Below are positions 1 to 9,980 of a stretch of 64,000 bases of DNA, one piece after another (the first letter of the stretch is position 1; each line of letters starts with the position of its first letter). The DNA is from Eubacteriales bacterium (GTDB lineage Bacteria > Bacillota > Clostridia > Oscillospirales > JAAYXM01): positions 1,605 through 65,604 of the forward strand of contig JAZNAQ010000022.1 of the NCBI GenBank assembly GCA_045586595.1, given 5' to 3'. The notes beneath the pieces are model-generated. The model was not told the DNA's origin. It searched no databases and saw nothing but the letters and a program-made list of their open reading frames with translations. A program made the translations under genes and the position numbers.

Positions 1-1134
1 CTTGCCTGTTTCTACATCGGTAAACGCCTCGTTCTGGACATCGCCACCAGCTACAACTTCAATAATCGGAAGGTTAAACTTCTTTGCAAAGTCCCAGTCA
101 CGTGTGTCGTGTGCCGGAACTGCCATAATTGCACCTGTTCCGTATGACATAAGAACATAGTCTGAAATAAATATAGGTATTTCTTTTCCGTTCACGGGGT
201 TTATTGCAGAAACACCGTCTATTTTTGCGCCTGTTTTCTCTTTAGCAAGCTCTGTACGCTCAAAGTCGGACTTTTTGGATGAAGTTTCAACATATGCCTT
301 TACTTCATCATAGTTTCTGATAAGGTCTTTCCACTTCTCTACATACGGGTGCTCCGGCGAGATAACCATATATGTAGCACCAAAGAGCGTATCCGGGCGA
401 GTTGTATACACGCGAAGAGTATCGTCTGCAGTTGTCTTGAACTCAACCTCTGCCCCTGTAGACTTACCTATCCAGTTCTTTTGCTGAATTTTTACGCGCT
501 CAATAAAATCAACGTCGTCAAGGTCTTCAATAAGGCGCTCTGCATACTCGGTAATCTTGAGCATCCACTGGCTCTTCTCTTTACGAACAACTTCGCTGCT
601 GCAACGCTCGCAAACACCGTTTACTACCTCTTCGTTTGCAAGAACACACTTACATGATGTACACCAGTTGACCGGCATCTGCATCTTATATGCAAGGCCC
701 TTTTCAAACAGCTTTAAGAATATCCACTGTGTCCACTTAAAATAGCTCGGGTCGGTTGTGTTTATCTCGCGGTCCCAGTCGATGGAGTATCCGAGAGACT
801 GAAGCTGAGATTTAAAAAACGCTATGTTCTTCTCAGTAACCTCGGCAGGATGAATTTTATTTTTAATAGCAAAGTTTTCAGTCGGAAGGCCGAATGCGTC
901 CCACCCCATCGGGAATAGGACATTGTAGCCGTCCATACGGCGCTTTCTTGATACAACGTCAAGCGCAGTATACGGACGTGCGTGGCCTACATGCAAGCCA
1001 TTGCCGGACGGATAAGGAAACTCGACAAGTGCATAAAACTTTTCCTTGTCGCCGCCGTTCTCGGCATGGAAAACCTTTTTCTCCTCCCAACGTTTTTGCC
1101 ATTTCTTTTCGATTAAACCAAAATCATACTTCAT
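1..1134 (-). CDS. leuS: Leucyl-tRNA synthetase, N-terminal part (gene runs off the window start)
   Basis: Absent from the ORF track because there is no stop in the window. Hand translation from ATG at 1134-1132: [58 protein letters not shown]. This carries the class I HIGH-region signature typical of LeuS. Confidence 0.85.
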   Translation of the reverse strand, partial: MKYDFGLIEKKWQKRWEEKKVFHAENGGDKEKFYALVEFPYPSGNGLHVGHARPYTALDVVSRKRRMDGYNVLFPMGWDAFGLPTENFAIKNKIHPAEVTEKNIAFFKSQLQSLGYSIDWDREINTTDPSYFKWTQWIFLKLFEKGLAYKMQMPVNWCTSCKCVLANEEVVNGVCERCSSEVVRKEKSQWMLKITEYAERLIEDLDDVDFIERVKIQQKNWIGKSTGAEVEFKTTADDTLRVYTTRPDTLFGATYMVISPEHPYVEKWKDLIRNYDEVKAYVETSSKKSDFERTELAKEKTGAKIDGVSAINPVNGKEIPIFISDYVLMSYGTGAIMAVPAHDTRDWDFAKKFNLPIIEVVAGGDVQNEAFTDVETGK

Positions 1135-1149
1135 TTTATATAACCCCTT

Positions 1150-1512
1150 TTATTCACTCAGCATGTCATCAACCGGTACGGGTATAGCATCCGCCCAGAC
1201 GCGGTCAAGCTGATAAAAACTTCTGCCATCTTGTGTGAAAATATGGATAATAATGCTTCCATAGTCCATAAGCACCCATGTTCCGCCATGGCCTTCGATG
1301 TGGTGCGGAGCAATCCCCGCCTCATCAAACTTCTGCTCAACAGCCTCTTTAAGTGTGTTGACATGAGTGTTTGAATTACCGGTGCAAATTATAAAATACT
1401 CTGCAAGGGTTGTTATTTCTTCAATCCTAAGTACGTTTATGTCTGCGGCAATTTTATCGTCGAGAGCACGCACTGCAAGCTTAACCTGTTCGTTTATATT
1501 CATCGCATTCAC
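1150..1512 (-). CDS. rsfS: Ribosome silencing factor RsfS (iojap family)
   Basis: 120 aa. The ...ICTGNSNTHV...WVLMDYGSIIIHIF motif pattern matches RsfS, and it sits in the conserved nadD-yqeK-rsfS neighbourhood. Confidence 0.85.
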   Translation of the reverse strand: MNAMNINEQVKLAVRALDDKIAADINVLRIEEITTLAEYFIICTGNSNTHVNTLKEAVEQKFDEAGIAPHHIEGHGGTWVLMDYGSIIIHIFTQDGRSFYQLDRVWADAIPVPVDDMLSE

Positions 1513-2534
1513 CTCTTTTGTTTTTGAAACAGATTGAGTTCCTCAATCTGGGTTGTATACGGATTATAATACTCGTTTATAAGAGCAAGGACTTCCTCCT
1601 CATTCGGGAAATAGTATGACAAGCTGTCGTAATAATCTGCATATCCCGGAAGCGTATGCATATTTACATCTGTCTCAAGATTCATTGTAAGCATCTGCTT
1701 GCCGAGCCAGATTTCATTCCCGAGAGAAAGATCCGTCTCAATATTGTCGAGAATAATCTCGGCAAGTTCGGGTATTCTCGAAAAAGTCGTAGGGGTAAGC
1801 ATCTTTTTTATAAGTGCCTCAACAAAAGTATGCTGTACCTTTATTCTGCCAAGGTCGCCATCCACATAGGTTGCACGGTAGCGCATAAACCCCATCGAAT
1901 CATATCCGTCAAGTGTTTGCAAACCTTTTTTAATATTAATTGTAAGGTCCTGAGCAGGGTCTTTATAATACATATCTATCGGAACATCAACCTCTACCCC
2001 GCCGATTGCGTCGATAAAATCAACAAAACCTTCGACCGAAACAAGAACATGTTTATCCGGACGTATGCCCGTTATACTCTCGACCTCGTCATAAAGGGCG
2101 TATATGTCCCCACCCGACGAAGCATATGCTGCATTTATCTTTTTTGTGGTGCGAGATACGTTTACTATTGTATCGCGCGGGATACTGAGTATGTTCATAT
2201 TTTTATTTGCCGTATCGAACATAGCAAGCATAATGGTGTCTGTGCTCCGGCTTGCCGCATCTTTACCTACAACAAGCACCGTAAACACGCCTTCTCGGTG
2301 GCGCAGGTCAATAGTCGGTACTTTTTCATCGCGAATAACGCTGCCCCTGTATTGAGAGCTTGCACTCGACACTGCCGGAGGCTTTACGCGGTTTATCGCC
2401 ACCGCCGCGGCAACCATAACAACTGCCGCTATCACAAGAATAATTGATATTATATATTTAGCCTTGTTGCTGATAGCATATCTTTTCTTCATCTTCAGTA
2501 TTTTTATCCTTTCAGCCGCGCTCCGATATTTCAA
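1509..2534 (-). CDS. LytR-CpsA-Psr (LCP) family cell-envelope phosphotransferase
   Basis: 341 aa with an N-terminal TM helix and LCP-like motifs (TDTIMLA, LSIPRDT, KINAAY). The start may be the internal MKKRY (about 2495), which would remove the overlap with yqeK. Confidence 0.75.
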   Translation of the reverse strand: MKYRSAAERIKILKMKKRYAISNKAKYIISIILVIAAVVMVAAAVAINRVKPPAVSSASSQYRGSVIRDEKVPTIDLRHREGVFTVLVVGKDAASRSTDTIMLAMFDTANKNMNILSIPRDTIVNVSRTTKKINAAYASSGGDIYALYDEVESITGIRPDKHVLVSVEGFVDFIDAIGGVEVDVPIDMYYKDPAQDLTINIKKGLQTLDGYDSMGFMRYRATYVDGDLGRIKVQHTFVEALIKKMLTPTTFSRIPELAEIILDNIETDLSLGNEIWLGKQMLTMNLETDVNMHTLPGYADYYDSLSYYFPNEEEVLALINEYYNPYTTQIEELNLFQKQKR

Positions 2535-3072
2535 AGTTACGCGCCTCTATCATGTTGGCGTCAATCTCGCTTCCTCGCGATATAAGAACGCTAAGCGTTG
2601 TATCAAATCCGCGAATAAGCGCAGCAGACAAATCGCTAAATGCAAGAGATCGAATTTCTGAAACGCCGTCAAAGGTACGTCCCTCTTCGGTTAAGTCTGC
2701 AAGCCAGATAACCTTTTCTAAAAGTGTCATACCTCGATGCGCTGTAGTATGCCAGCGTATGGCCCCGCACACAGCCTCAGGCTCATCAAAGCGAGCCCAG
2801 GCTATAATTGCGCCCGAGAAAGCATGAATTATTTTTTCAGAACGCTGAGTTCCGGTCAATATAATACCATGCTCATCCACTAATTGCAACTGCTGCTCAT
2901 ATGGCATTTCCTTTGCTATGTCGTGCAGGTATGCCGCACGGCGGGCAAGGTCTACATCCGCACCCCAGCGTACAGCAAGCTTTTCGGCCATTTTGACACA
3001 GCCCTCGGTATGGAGAAACCGTTTTTCGCTCATAGATGATTTTACATGAGTTATTATGTCTTTTTCTGTCAA
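2512..3072 (-). CDS. yqeK: HD-domain protein YqeK (bis(5'-nucleosyl)-tetraphosphatase type)
   Basis: 186 aa with an HD motif (YLHDIAK). It overlaps the nadD stop by 4 nt, as in the conserved nadD-yqeK pair. Confidence 0.8.
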   Translation of the reverse strand: MTEKDIITHVKSSMSEKRFLHTEGCVKMAEKLAVRWGADVDLARRAAYLHDIAKEMPYEQQLQLVDEHGIILTGTQRSEKIIHAFSGAIIAWARFDEPEAVCGAIRWHTTAHRGMTLLEKVIWLADLTEEGRTFDGVSEIRSLAFSDLSAALIRGFDTTLSVLISRGSEIDANMIEARNFEISERG

Positions 3073-3686
3073 AATCTATCGCTCCCCGAAATTCCGTAAA
3101 GCTTATTTTTGGCTATATAAGCACGCACCTCTTCAGGTAAAAACTCTAAAAAACCGTTGCTGTTTATATCGGGGCGAAGCTCCGACGATGATATTGTAAC
3201 CGCCTCGGTTTCTATTATCCTCGACACTGCACCGTACTTTTCTTTTAATAGTCTGCCGTGTTTTCTAAGAGTTTCTAAATCGTTTTTATCTCTTGGAACC
3301 GCAGCAATATTTACAAGTTCAAAAATAGTCTGCGGCTCACGCCAGCTTTCTATGCTGAGGAACATATCTGTACCCATAACAAGCCACAGATCGTCTTTGG
3401 GCAACTTACTTTTAATCTCTCTTAGTGTATCTACCGTAAAGCTCTTGCCCTCACGTAAGATTTCAATATCGCTTACCTCAGCATCAACAAGCCTTGCGGC
3501 AATCCGCGTCATCTCAAGCCGGTCCTGAGATGACGGTGAGCCTGCCGCCATTTGCTTATGCGGCGGAACTCCCGTAGGTATAAATATAAGTCTGTCAAGC
3601 TCAAGCTCAACTTTTGCAGCGCGTGCTGCATTTATATGCCCCATATGCGGCGGATTGAATGTGCCGCCCATAAGCCCTGTACGCAT
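3069..3686 (-). CDS. nadD: Nicotinate-nucleotide adenylyltransferase
   Basis: 205 aa with the GGTFNPPHMGH nucleotidyltransferase signature. Confidence 0.9.
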   Translation of the reverse strand: MRTGLMGGTFNPPHMGHINAARAAKVELELDRLIFIPTGVPPHKQMAAGSPSSQDRLEMTRIAARLVDAEVSDIEILREGKSFTVDTLREIKSKLPKDDLWLVMGTDMFLSIESWREPQTIFELVNIAAVPRDKNDLETLRKHGRLLKEKYGAVSRIIETEAVTISSSELRPDINSNGFLEFLPEEVRAYIAKNKLYGISGSDRF

Positions 3687-4280
3687 TTACAAAACTTCCT
3701 CAAGCTTTTTTGCCATTATTTCAAGTGATTTTGCGCGGTGGGATATTTCGTTCTTTCTCTCCTGTGACATCTCCGCCATGGTCATACCCTCACTCGGCAC
3801 AAAGAACACAGGGTCATACCCAAAGCCTCCCTCGCCATGCGGAGAACGCAAAATCTCGCCCTCAATCTCTCCACGCGCCGAAAACTCGCGCCCATCAGGG
3901 AATACACATGTTATAACCGAAACAAATCTAGCACTTCTCTCGCCGTGGGAAACATTACTCAAATTATTAAGGAGATACTCATATCTCTCTGTATCATCTT
4001 TACATTTATCTCCGCCGTAACGGGCAGAGTAAACACCCGGTTCGCCATCAAGTGCATCAACCTCAAGGCCTGAATCGTCGGCGATAGCAGGGAGGTTTGA
4101 CACCTGCATTGCCGCAACGGCCTTTATTCGGGAGTTCTCCTCAAAGGTTGTTCCCGTCTCTTCTGCATCTGACTCGATGCCCGCCTCTGCAAGAGAGAGC
4201 GCCTCTATGCCGAACTTATCAAGTATTGCGCCTATCTCACGGAGCTTTTTTTTATTATTTGTGGCTATGATAAATTTCAT
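3687..4280 (-). CDS. rdgB: Non-canonical purine NTP pyrophosphatase (RdgB/HAM1 family)
   Basis: 197 aa. MKFIIATNNKKKLREI..., FGYDPVF and ISHRAKS are typical RdgB/HAM1 motifs. Confidence 0.85.
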   Translation of the reverse strand: MKFIIATNNKKKLREIGAILDKFGIEALSLAEAGIESDAEETGTTFEENSRIKAVAAMQVSNLPAIADDSGLEVDALDGEPGVYSARYGGDKCKDDTERYEYLLNNLSNVSHGERSARFVSVITCVFPDGREFSARGEIEGEILRSPHGEGGFGYDPVFFVPSEGMTMAEMSQERKNEISHRAKSLEIMAKKLEEVL

Positions 4281-4290
4281 TTAAATCACC

Positions 4291-5196
4291 CTATTCAAAC
4301 AGCGCATCAACAAACGACACAGCGTCAAATTCGGTAAGGTCGTCTATCTGTTCACCTACGCCGATATATTTTATGGGTAAGTTCATCTCATCTGCTATTG
4401 AGATTACGATACCGCCCTTTGCGGTACCGTCAAGTTTTGTAAGTATTATACCGGAAAGATTTGTTACCTCATTGAATTTCTTTGCCTGAATAAGTGCGTT
4501 CTGCCCTGTTGTTGCGTCAAGCACAAGGTATGAATCAATAACCGCGTCGGGAAGCTCACGTTCAAGCACTCTGCGGATTTTTGCAAGCTCGTTCATAAGG
4601 TTCTGGTTGTTGTGGAGTCTTCCTGCAGTATCACAAATAAGAACATCAGCCTTCCTTGCTCTTGCGGCATTTGAAGCATCAAACACAACCGCGGCCGGGT
4701 CAGCCCCCTCACCGTGGCGCACAATCTCCGCACCCGAGCGTTTTGCCCATATATCAAGCTGCTCGCCCGCAGCGGCTCTGAATGTGTCGCCTGCGGCAAG
4801 AATTACACGCTTGCCCTCTGATGTAAACTTTGAAGCAAGCTTTCCGATTGAAGTTGTTTTGCCAACACCATTAACGCCAACTATGAGAATGGCACGCTGA
4901 TTTGGCTCATTTACACTTTTATCGTTGCGGTTTAAAATATCAAGGATGATGTGCTTTAGCTCTGCAATTATTTCCTCGTCGGTCTTGAGCTTCTTTTCCT
5001 TAACATTCTCGCGCAAACGCTCGGTTATGTTCATCGCGGTAGAAACACCGAGGTCTGCCATTATGAGAGTTTCTTCAAGCTCGTCGAGCATTTCATCACG
5101 ATTTGAAGAAAATGAACGGATAACATTGCTTATTTGCCCGCCCACTGCATCGCGCGTTTTTGCAAGACCTTTTTTGAATTTATCAAATAATCCCAT
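4291..5196 (-). CDS. ftsY: Signal recognition particle receptor FtsY
   Basis: 301 aa with the SRP GTPase motifs GVNGVGKTTSIGKLA, DTAGR and TKLDGTAKGG. Confidence 0.92.
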   Translation of the reverse strand: MGLFDKFKKGLAKTRDAVGGQISNVIRSFSSNRDEMLDELEETLIMADLGVSTAMNITERLRENVKEKKLKTDEEIIAELKHIILDILNRNDKSVNEPNQRAILIVGVNGVGKTTSIGKLASKFTSEGKRVILAAGDTFRAAAGEQLDIWAKRSGAEIVRHGEGADPAAVVFDASNAARARKADVLICDTAGRLHNNQNLMNELAKIRRVLERELPDAVIDSYLVLDATTGQNALIQAKKFNEVTNLSGIILTKLDGTAKGGIVISIADEMNLPIKYIGVGEQIDDLTEFDAVSFVDALFE

Positions 5197-5222
5197 TTTT
5201 AAACCTCAATTAAACTATATTA

Positions 5223-8200
5223 TTATGTCAGCTTAACTCCCACAGAGCGCTCTACTTCTGAAATGCTTATTGCAAGCATCTTAGATACACCCTTCTCCTG
5301 CATTGTTACACCGTAAAGAGCATCTGCCTCTTCCATTGTTCCTCGACGGTGAGTTATTACGATGAACTGTGTTGTCTCTGCCAGACGGCGTAAATACTCC
5401 GCATACCTTGCGACGTTTACATCGTCAAGCGCAGCCTCGATTTCGTCCAGTACACAGAACGGAGTCGGGCGAATCTTCATTATTGCAAAGTACAGCGCAA
5501 TAGCAACAAGCGCGCGCTCGCCACCAGAAAGAAGCGTTATTGTCTTAAGCGTCTTCCCCGGGGGCTGGACGCGTATTTCTATTCCGCAATTTAAGATGTC
5601 GCCCTCGTCCTCTAAGACGAGTTCTGCCTTACCGCCACCAAATATCTCGGCAAATGTCTCGCCGAAGTTGCGGTTGATTACCTTGAACTGCTCTGCAAAT
5701 ATAGTCTGCATTTCTTCGGTAATCTCAAAAATCATCTTTTCAAGCTCTGCCTTTGCCTTTTCAAGGTCACCACACTGCTTTGTCATAAACTCATAACGCT
5801 CGGATACGCGCTCATATTCTTCTATCGCATTTACGTTGACATCTCCGAGTTTTCTGACTGCGCTCTTAAGCGCTGATATACGCTTTGTGGCCTCAGACAT
5901 AGACTCTATCGGAACAATGTATTTTTCTGCAGTACCCATCGTAAGTTCATACGACTCCCACAGTTTTTCTGTTATCTGCTCCTCCTCGCGAGCGGCAGAC
6001 TCCTTCTTCATTTCAAGGCGTGAGCGCTCACGCTCAAGCTTTAATATATCATCGTTCTTTTCTTTACTTTCTTTATCCTTGCAGCTGCGCTCCGCTTCAA
6101 GATTAATGCGCGCCTCTGCAATATCACAAAGCCTCTGCTCTATGAGTTTTTTCTTCTCGCGGCGTGCTTCTGCCGCCGCCTTCTTCGCCAAAATTTCAGT
6201 TGCGAGTTCGTCATTCTGCTTTTCAATATCGCGGATGGTCTGCTCCTTTGAGGCGCGGTCTCCCGCCATTGCAGATGAAAGCATTTCTATTTCTTCAAGC
6301 GCACGTCGTGCCTCAGAAGACTCAGCAAGGTTTGCCGCAAGGCTTGCCTGAGCGGTCGCCATCTCCTCAGCGAGTTCGGTCTTTTGCGCGGCAAGGGACG
6401 AATTACCTTCAATAAGAGCCTCTTCCTCCTCGCGAAGCGCACTAAGCTCTTTTTCTTTATCTGCGATACACTCGATCGTTGTTTCTTTAACGCGCAGCGA
6501 CTGGCTTTTCTTCGCCGCAAGAGCTGTAAGCTCATCGTTCAATGAGTCTATAAGCTCGTTTAAGTGGCGGTGTAGCGTCTTGTAATGCTCAATTTCCGTC
6601 TCGGCTTTAAGCAGAACGTCCTCGGCATTGCGCTTATCGTTTCTGCAGACCTCCATCTCATACATAAGCGCATTATAGTCGCGCTCAGCTTCTGCCTTTT
6701 CGGTGTTGGTCTTCTCAATCTTTTCACGAAGTGCGACAATGTCGCCCTCGAGCTTCTTTATCTCATTTGTACGGGTAAGTATTCCGGAGGTCTTGTTCGT
6801 ACTACCGCCGGTATACGTACCGCCCGAGTTTATTATCTGCCCGTCAAGCGTGACTATACGGAAGCTGTAGCCGTATTTTTTCGCAACGGCAGACGCGCTG
6901 TTGATGTTATCGCAAACGACTATTTTGCCAAGCAAATAGCGGATTGCAGGCGCAAACTTCTCGTCATAGCCTACAAGGTTTGATGCAAGCCCGACAAATC
7001 CTGCCTGGTTTGAAAGACCCTGTTTATCAAGTTCGCTTCCCTTAACTGTATCAAGCGGCATGAACGTAGCCCTGCCGCCGTCGGTACGTTTTAAGAATGC
7101 GATTGCTTCTTTTGAGTCGCGCTCATCTGAAACTATTATATTCTGAAGTGCCCCGCCGAGAATCGTCTCAATGGCAACTGTGTACTTATCCTCAACTCGT
7201 ATAAGCTGAGAAACCGTACCGTAAATGCCGCCGAGATTGCCTTTATCCTTCGCTTTCATTATATTTTTAACTGCATACGAATACCCCTGCAAGTCGCGCT
7301 CCATCTCACGGAGCATACGAAGCTTATTCTCCATCGACTCAAGGGAAAGCTCAAGCTTTGAGCTCTGCTCGCGGAGCTTTTCAAAGCGCTCACCACGGGA
7401 TTTATACTTCATCTCAAAGCCGTTTAGCATATTATCCGCGCTTGAACACTTTTCCTCGGCTTCTTCGAGGTTTTCTTTAACAAGTGCAAACTTCTGCTTT
7501 GACTCAGAAAGCTCGGCTTCACGAGTGGCAAGCTCTGCCTCTATATCTGTTTTACGGGTATCAAAACCTGCAATCTCCGCATCAGAGGCGGACATTGCTA
7601 TTTTAAGTTTTGCAATATCGTCTTCGCAAATCCTGAAGCGCAGGCGTAAATCGTCAAGCTTTGCCGCCGCGTCATCACTCTTGCCTGAGGCAAGAAGTGC
7701 GGCTTCGCGCAGGCTCTCTATCTTCTCCTCTATGGTGCGGGCATCCGACTCAAGCTCACTCACACGCTTTTCTCGCGCTTTTATCTGTTCGGCAATGCTC
7801 TGTGCACGGTTTGTTTCGTCATTAATTTCTGCGCGGATACGTTCAATATTATGAAGATTGTTGGTGGAGGTAGACTCGAGCGCAGCTATTTCGCTTGCTA
7901 CCTCGTTTATCTCACGCTCTGCCTCACGCTCTTCGTCACGCGCTGCCTGCGCCTGCACATCCTTTTCGCGCATTTTCTCTGCGAGTTCTTCAACCTCTGC
8001 ATAGAGCGAATCGAGCGCAGCTTTAGAGGCAGCAAACTGACTGCATACCACCTCATAATCATTTATGTATTTCTGAGCATTCTCTTTTGCGCGGGCGAGG
8101 TTTTCTGTCCATACACTGACCTCAAGGCCCCGAAGCTCATCATATATTTTTATGTATTCACGGGCCTTTTCCGCCTGATGCTTAAGCGGGCCGACCTGCG

Positions 8201-8798
8201 ACTCAATCTCGGAGAGAATATCGCGAAGGCGGATAAGATTCTCCTCGGTTGAATTGAGCTTGCGCTCAGACTCCTCTTTGCGGTGACGGAACTTTGAAAT
8301 ACCCGATGCCTCTTCAAAAATCTCACGGCGGTCACCGCTCTTTGCAGAGAGAATTTCGTCAATTCTGCCCTGACCGATGATTGAATATCCGTCACGCCCA
8401 AGGCCGGTATCCATAAACATCTCGTTTATGTCGCGAAGCCTTACGGAACTGCGGTTTATATAGTATTCGCTCTCGCCCGAACGGTAAAGACGGCGGGTAA
8501 CCGTAACCTCGTTATACTCACACGGCAAGACGCCGTCGGAATTATCAATCGTGAGCGAAACCTCAGCAAAACCGACAGCACCGCGTTTTTGCGTACCCGC
8601 AAATATAACGTCCTGCATATTACTGCCGCGGAGCGTTTTTGTGGACTGTTCGCCCAAAACCCAGCGCACAGCGTCTGAAATATTAGATTTACCGCTTCCG
8701 TTAGGGCCGACAATGGCAGTTATGCCGTCGTCAAACGAAATAACAGTTTTGTCGGGGAACGATTTAAACCCCTGAAGTTCAAGACTTTTTAAGCGCAA
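5223..8798 (-). CDS. smc: Chromosome partition protein Smc
   Basis: About 1190 aa with Walker A GPNGSGKSN, a long coiled coil, hinge, the LSGGE signature and Walker B. I place the start at TTG 8798-8796 (MRLKSLELQGFKSF), preceded by AAAGGAGGTG. The track ORF's 15 upstream codons run through that RBS. Confidence 0.92.
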   Translation of the reverse strand: MRLKSLELQGFKSFPDKTVISFDDGITAIVGPNGSGKSNISDAVRWVLGEQSTKTLRGSNMQDVIFAGTQKRGAVGFAEVSLTIDNSDGVLPCEYNEVTVTRRLYRSGESEYYINRSSVRLRDINEMFMDTGLGRDGYSIIGQGRIDEILSAKSGDRREIFEEASGISKFRHRKEESERKLNSTEENLIRLRDILSEIESQVGPLKHQAEKAREYIKIYDELRGLEVSVWTENLARAKENAQKYINDYEVVCSQFAASKAALDSLYAEVEELAEKMREKDVQAQAARDEEREAEREINEVASEIAALESTSTNNLHNIERIRAEINDETNRAQSIAEQIKAREKRVSELESDARTIEEKIESLREAALLASGKSDDAAAKLDDLRLRFRICEDDIAKLKIAMSASDAEIAGFDTRKTDIEAELATREAELSESKQKFALVKENLEEAEEKCSSADNMLNGFEMKYKSRGERFEKLREQSSKLELSLESMENKLRMLREMERDLQGYSYAVKNIMKAKDKGNLGGIYGTVSQLIRVEDKYTVAIETILGGALQNIIVSDERDSKEAIAFLKRTDGGRATFMPLDTVKGSELDKQGLSNQAGFVGLASNLVGYDEKFAPAIRYLLGKIVVCDNINSASAVAKKYGYSFRIVTLDGQIINSGGTYTGGSTNKTSGILTRTNEIKKLEGDIVALREKIEKTNTEKAEAERDYNALMYEMEVCRNDKRNAEDVLLKAETEIEHYKTLHRHLNELIDSLNDELTALAAKKSQSLRVKETTIECIADKEKELSALREEEEALIEGNSSLAAQKTELAEEMATAQASLAANLAESSEARRALEEIEMLSSAMAGDRASKEQTIRDIEKQNDELATEILAKKAAAEARREKKKLIEQRLCDIAEARINLEAERSCKDKESKEKNDDILKLERERSRLEMKKESAAREEEQITEKLWESYELTMGTAEKYIVPIESMSEATKRISALKSAVRKLGDVNVNAIEEYERVSERYEFMTKQCGDLEKAKAELEKMIFEITEEMQTIFAEQFKVINRNFGETFAEIFGGGKAELVLEDEGDILNCGIEIRVQPPGKTLKTITLLSGGERALVAIALYFAIMKIRPTPFCVLDEIEAALDDVNVARYAEYLRRLAETTQFIVITHRRGTMEEADALYGVTMQEKGVSKMLAISISEVERSVGVKLT

Positions 8799-8940
8799 AC
8801 AATCCACCTCCTTTTGTTTTTTTGATGTACATATGTATACCAATATATTTTATCAATTTTTATGGCATTTTGCAAGAAATATTTTCTTTATTTATACATA
8901 TTAAATGACCGGAAGAAAAATCGTTCTCCCGGCCATGGTT

Positions 8941-9648
8941 CTACTCTGTTTCAATTGTGAGCCACATAGCGGGTCTTATCCCGACATCTGTGCGGTTCAT
9001 TTCGCGGCCACGGTGGAAGCGTTTGCCGAGGTCGTCTGCGCAGGCTCCGAACATCTCGTCAACAGTGCTCTCACGAAGCCACCACATAACAGCACCATCA
9101 CGGCGAAGTTCTATCCCCTTTGCCTTTGCATATTCCGTCGGAAAAGCTATGGTTTCCTCACGGTATACGGTGTCGGTATCTCTCGGAAAAAATTCGTAAA
9201 TCTCCTCCATGCTGATTAAAAAGACTTTTTCTCTTGTAGGGGGCATTTCAGGAATACCGTAATCGCGCACGGGTGCGTTTTTGTTTACGGTTTCTGCGAT
9301 TCTTGCTTCTTCCTTTTCAGAAAACGCCGAGCTTATAAACTCTGCATTAAGCCACTTGCGGATTGTACTGTTCTCCCATGTAAGGCCGGATTTTATCTCC
9401 TCATTAAAAGGCACACAATCGATAACCTTCTCAGAAAGAACCAAAACTCTGTTCTCCTCCTTAGCAAGAACCTTCCACTCAATCGCTTCCTTGCCGTTTG
9501 CCTCGTCGTTGTCTTGCTCGTATGTACCGAATGTGATAATGTCGCCAACCTCAGCGTCCTTTAATATCTTCCCTGTCTTGTCTCCGCACGCACAAAGCGA
9601 GAGCGCGAGCAGCGCCGCAAGCATTATAGTAACCAGTTTTTTCATCAT
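8941..9648 (-). CDS. Secreted lipoprotein of unknown function (DUF6273-like)
   Basis: 235 aa. Signal peptide plus lipobox (LALSLC-AC). The FGTYEQDN...IEWKVL pattern is recalled from DUF6273-type proteins, from memory only. Confidence 0.55.
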   Translation of the reverse strand: MMKKLVTIMLAALLALSLCACGDKTGKILKDAEVGDIITFGTYEQDNDEANGKEAIEWKVLAKEENRVLVLSEKVIDCVPFNEEIKSGLTWENSTIRKWLNAEFISSAFSEKEEARIAETVNKNAPVRDYGIPEMPPTREKVFLISMEEIYEFFPRDTDTVYREETIAFPTEYAKAKGIELRRDGAVMWWLRESTVDEMFGACADDLGKRFHRGREMNRTDVGIRPAMWLTIETE

Positions 9649-9723
9649 AAACCTCCTTAATTTGTTCGTTTTTTCATATTACCATTTTCTCAAATGTAAA
9701 TCAACTTTTTTATCCTTGGGGGG

Positions 9724-9752
9724 TTTACTTCAACGGCTTTTTTTGGTATAAT
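9724..9752 (+). promoter_or_regulatory. Putative sigma-A promoter of tRNA-Ala
   Basis: TTTACT (9724-9729), 17 nt spacer, then extended -10 TGgTATAAT (-10 hexamer at 9747-9752), about 20 nt upstream of the tRNA 5' end. Confidence 0.5.
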
Positions 9753-9773
9753 GTATTGTGTATTCAAATATAC

Positions 9774-9849
9774 GGGGGCGTAGCTCAGCTGGGAGAGCGC
9801 TGCGTTCGCAACGCAGAGGTCAAGGGTTCGATCCCCTCCGTCTCCACCA
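9774..9849 (+). tRNA. tRNA-Ala (anticodon CGC), CCA encoded
   Basis: Cloverleaf folded by hand: acceptor GGGGGCG/CGTCTCC with the G3:U70 alanine identity pair, D arm GCTC-AGCTGGGA-GAGC, anticodon arm CTGCG-TTCGCAA-CGCAG, T loop TTCGATC, then ACCA. Confidence 0.9.
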
Positions 9850-9911
9850 AACAGATAACGTACCATCCGCAAGGTTGGTGCGTTTTTTGTTTGGTGCCCG
9901 TGACGGTGAGG
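9830..9911 (+). repeat. Direct repeat copy A (tRNA-Ala from G57 to CCA, plus terminator, plus 23 nt)
   Basis: 82 nt repeated at 9981-10062 with a single mismatch (C9898 vs T10049). The period is 151 bp. Confidence 0.95.
9859..9888 (+). terminator. Intrinsic terminator after tRNA-Ala
   Basis: Hairpin CGTACCATCC-GCAA-GGTTGGTGCG followed by TTTTTT. An identical copy lies at 10010-10039. Confidence 0.7.
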
Positions 9912-9980
9912 GAGCGAACAGGACGGCGGCTCGCAAGCCGTAAAAAGGCTGCCGGTGGCAGGCTTTTTAGTCCGCGGGCA
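9912..9980 (+). ncRNA. Conserved structured core element (copy 1), function unknown
   Basis: 69 nt unique spacer between the repeats, homologous to 32571-32635. P1 is GGAC(9921-9924)/GTCC(9970-9973). Inside are hairpin H1 GCGGCT-CGCA-AGCCGT and GC-rich hairpin H2 AAAAAGGCTGCC-GGT-GGCAGGCTTTTT. It then runs into the duplicated tRNA 3' end (9981-10000). Confidence 0.4.

Noticed and set aside
5362-8252. Series of long Ser/Arg-rich plus-strand ORFs inside smc
   Set aside because: These are antisense shadows of a Glu/Lys/Leu-rich coiled-coil gene. They show low-complexity composition and no start signals.
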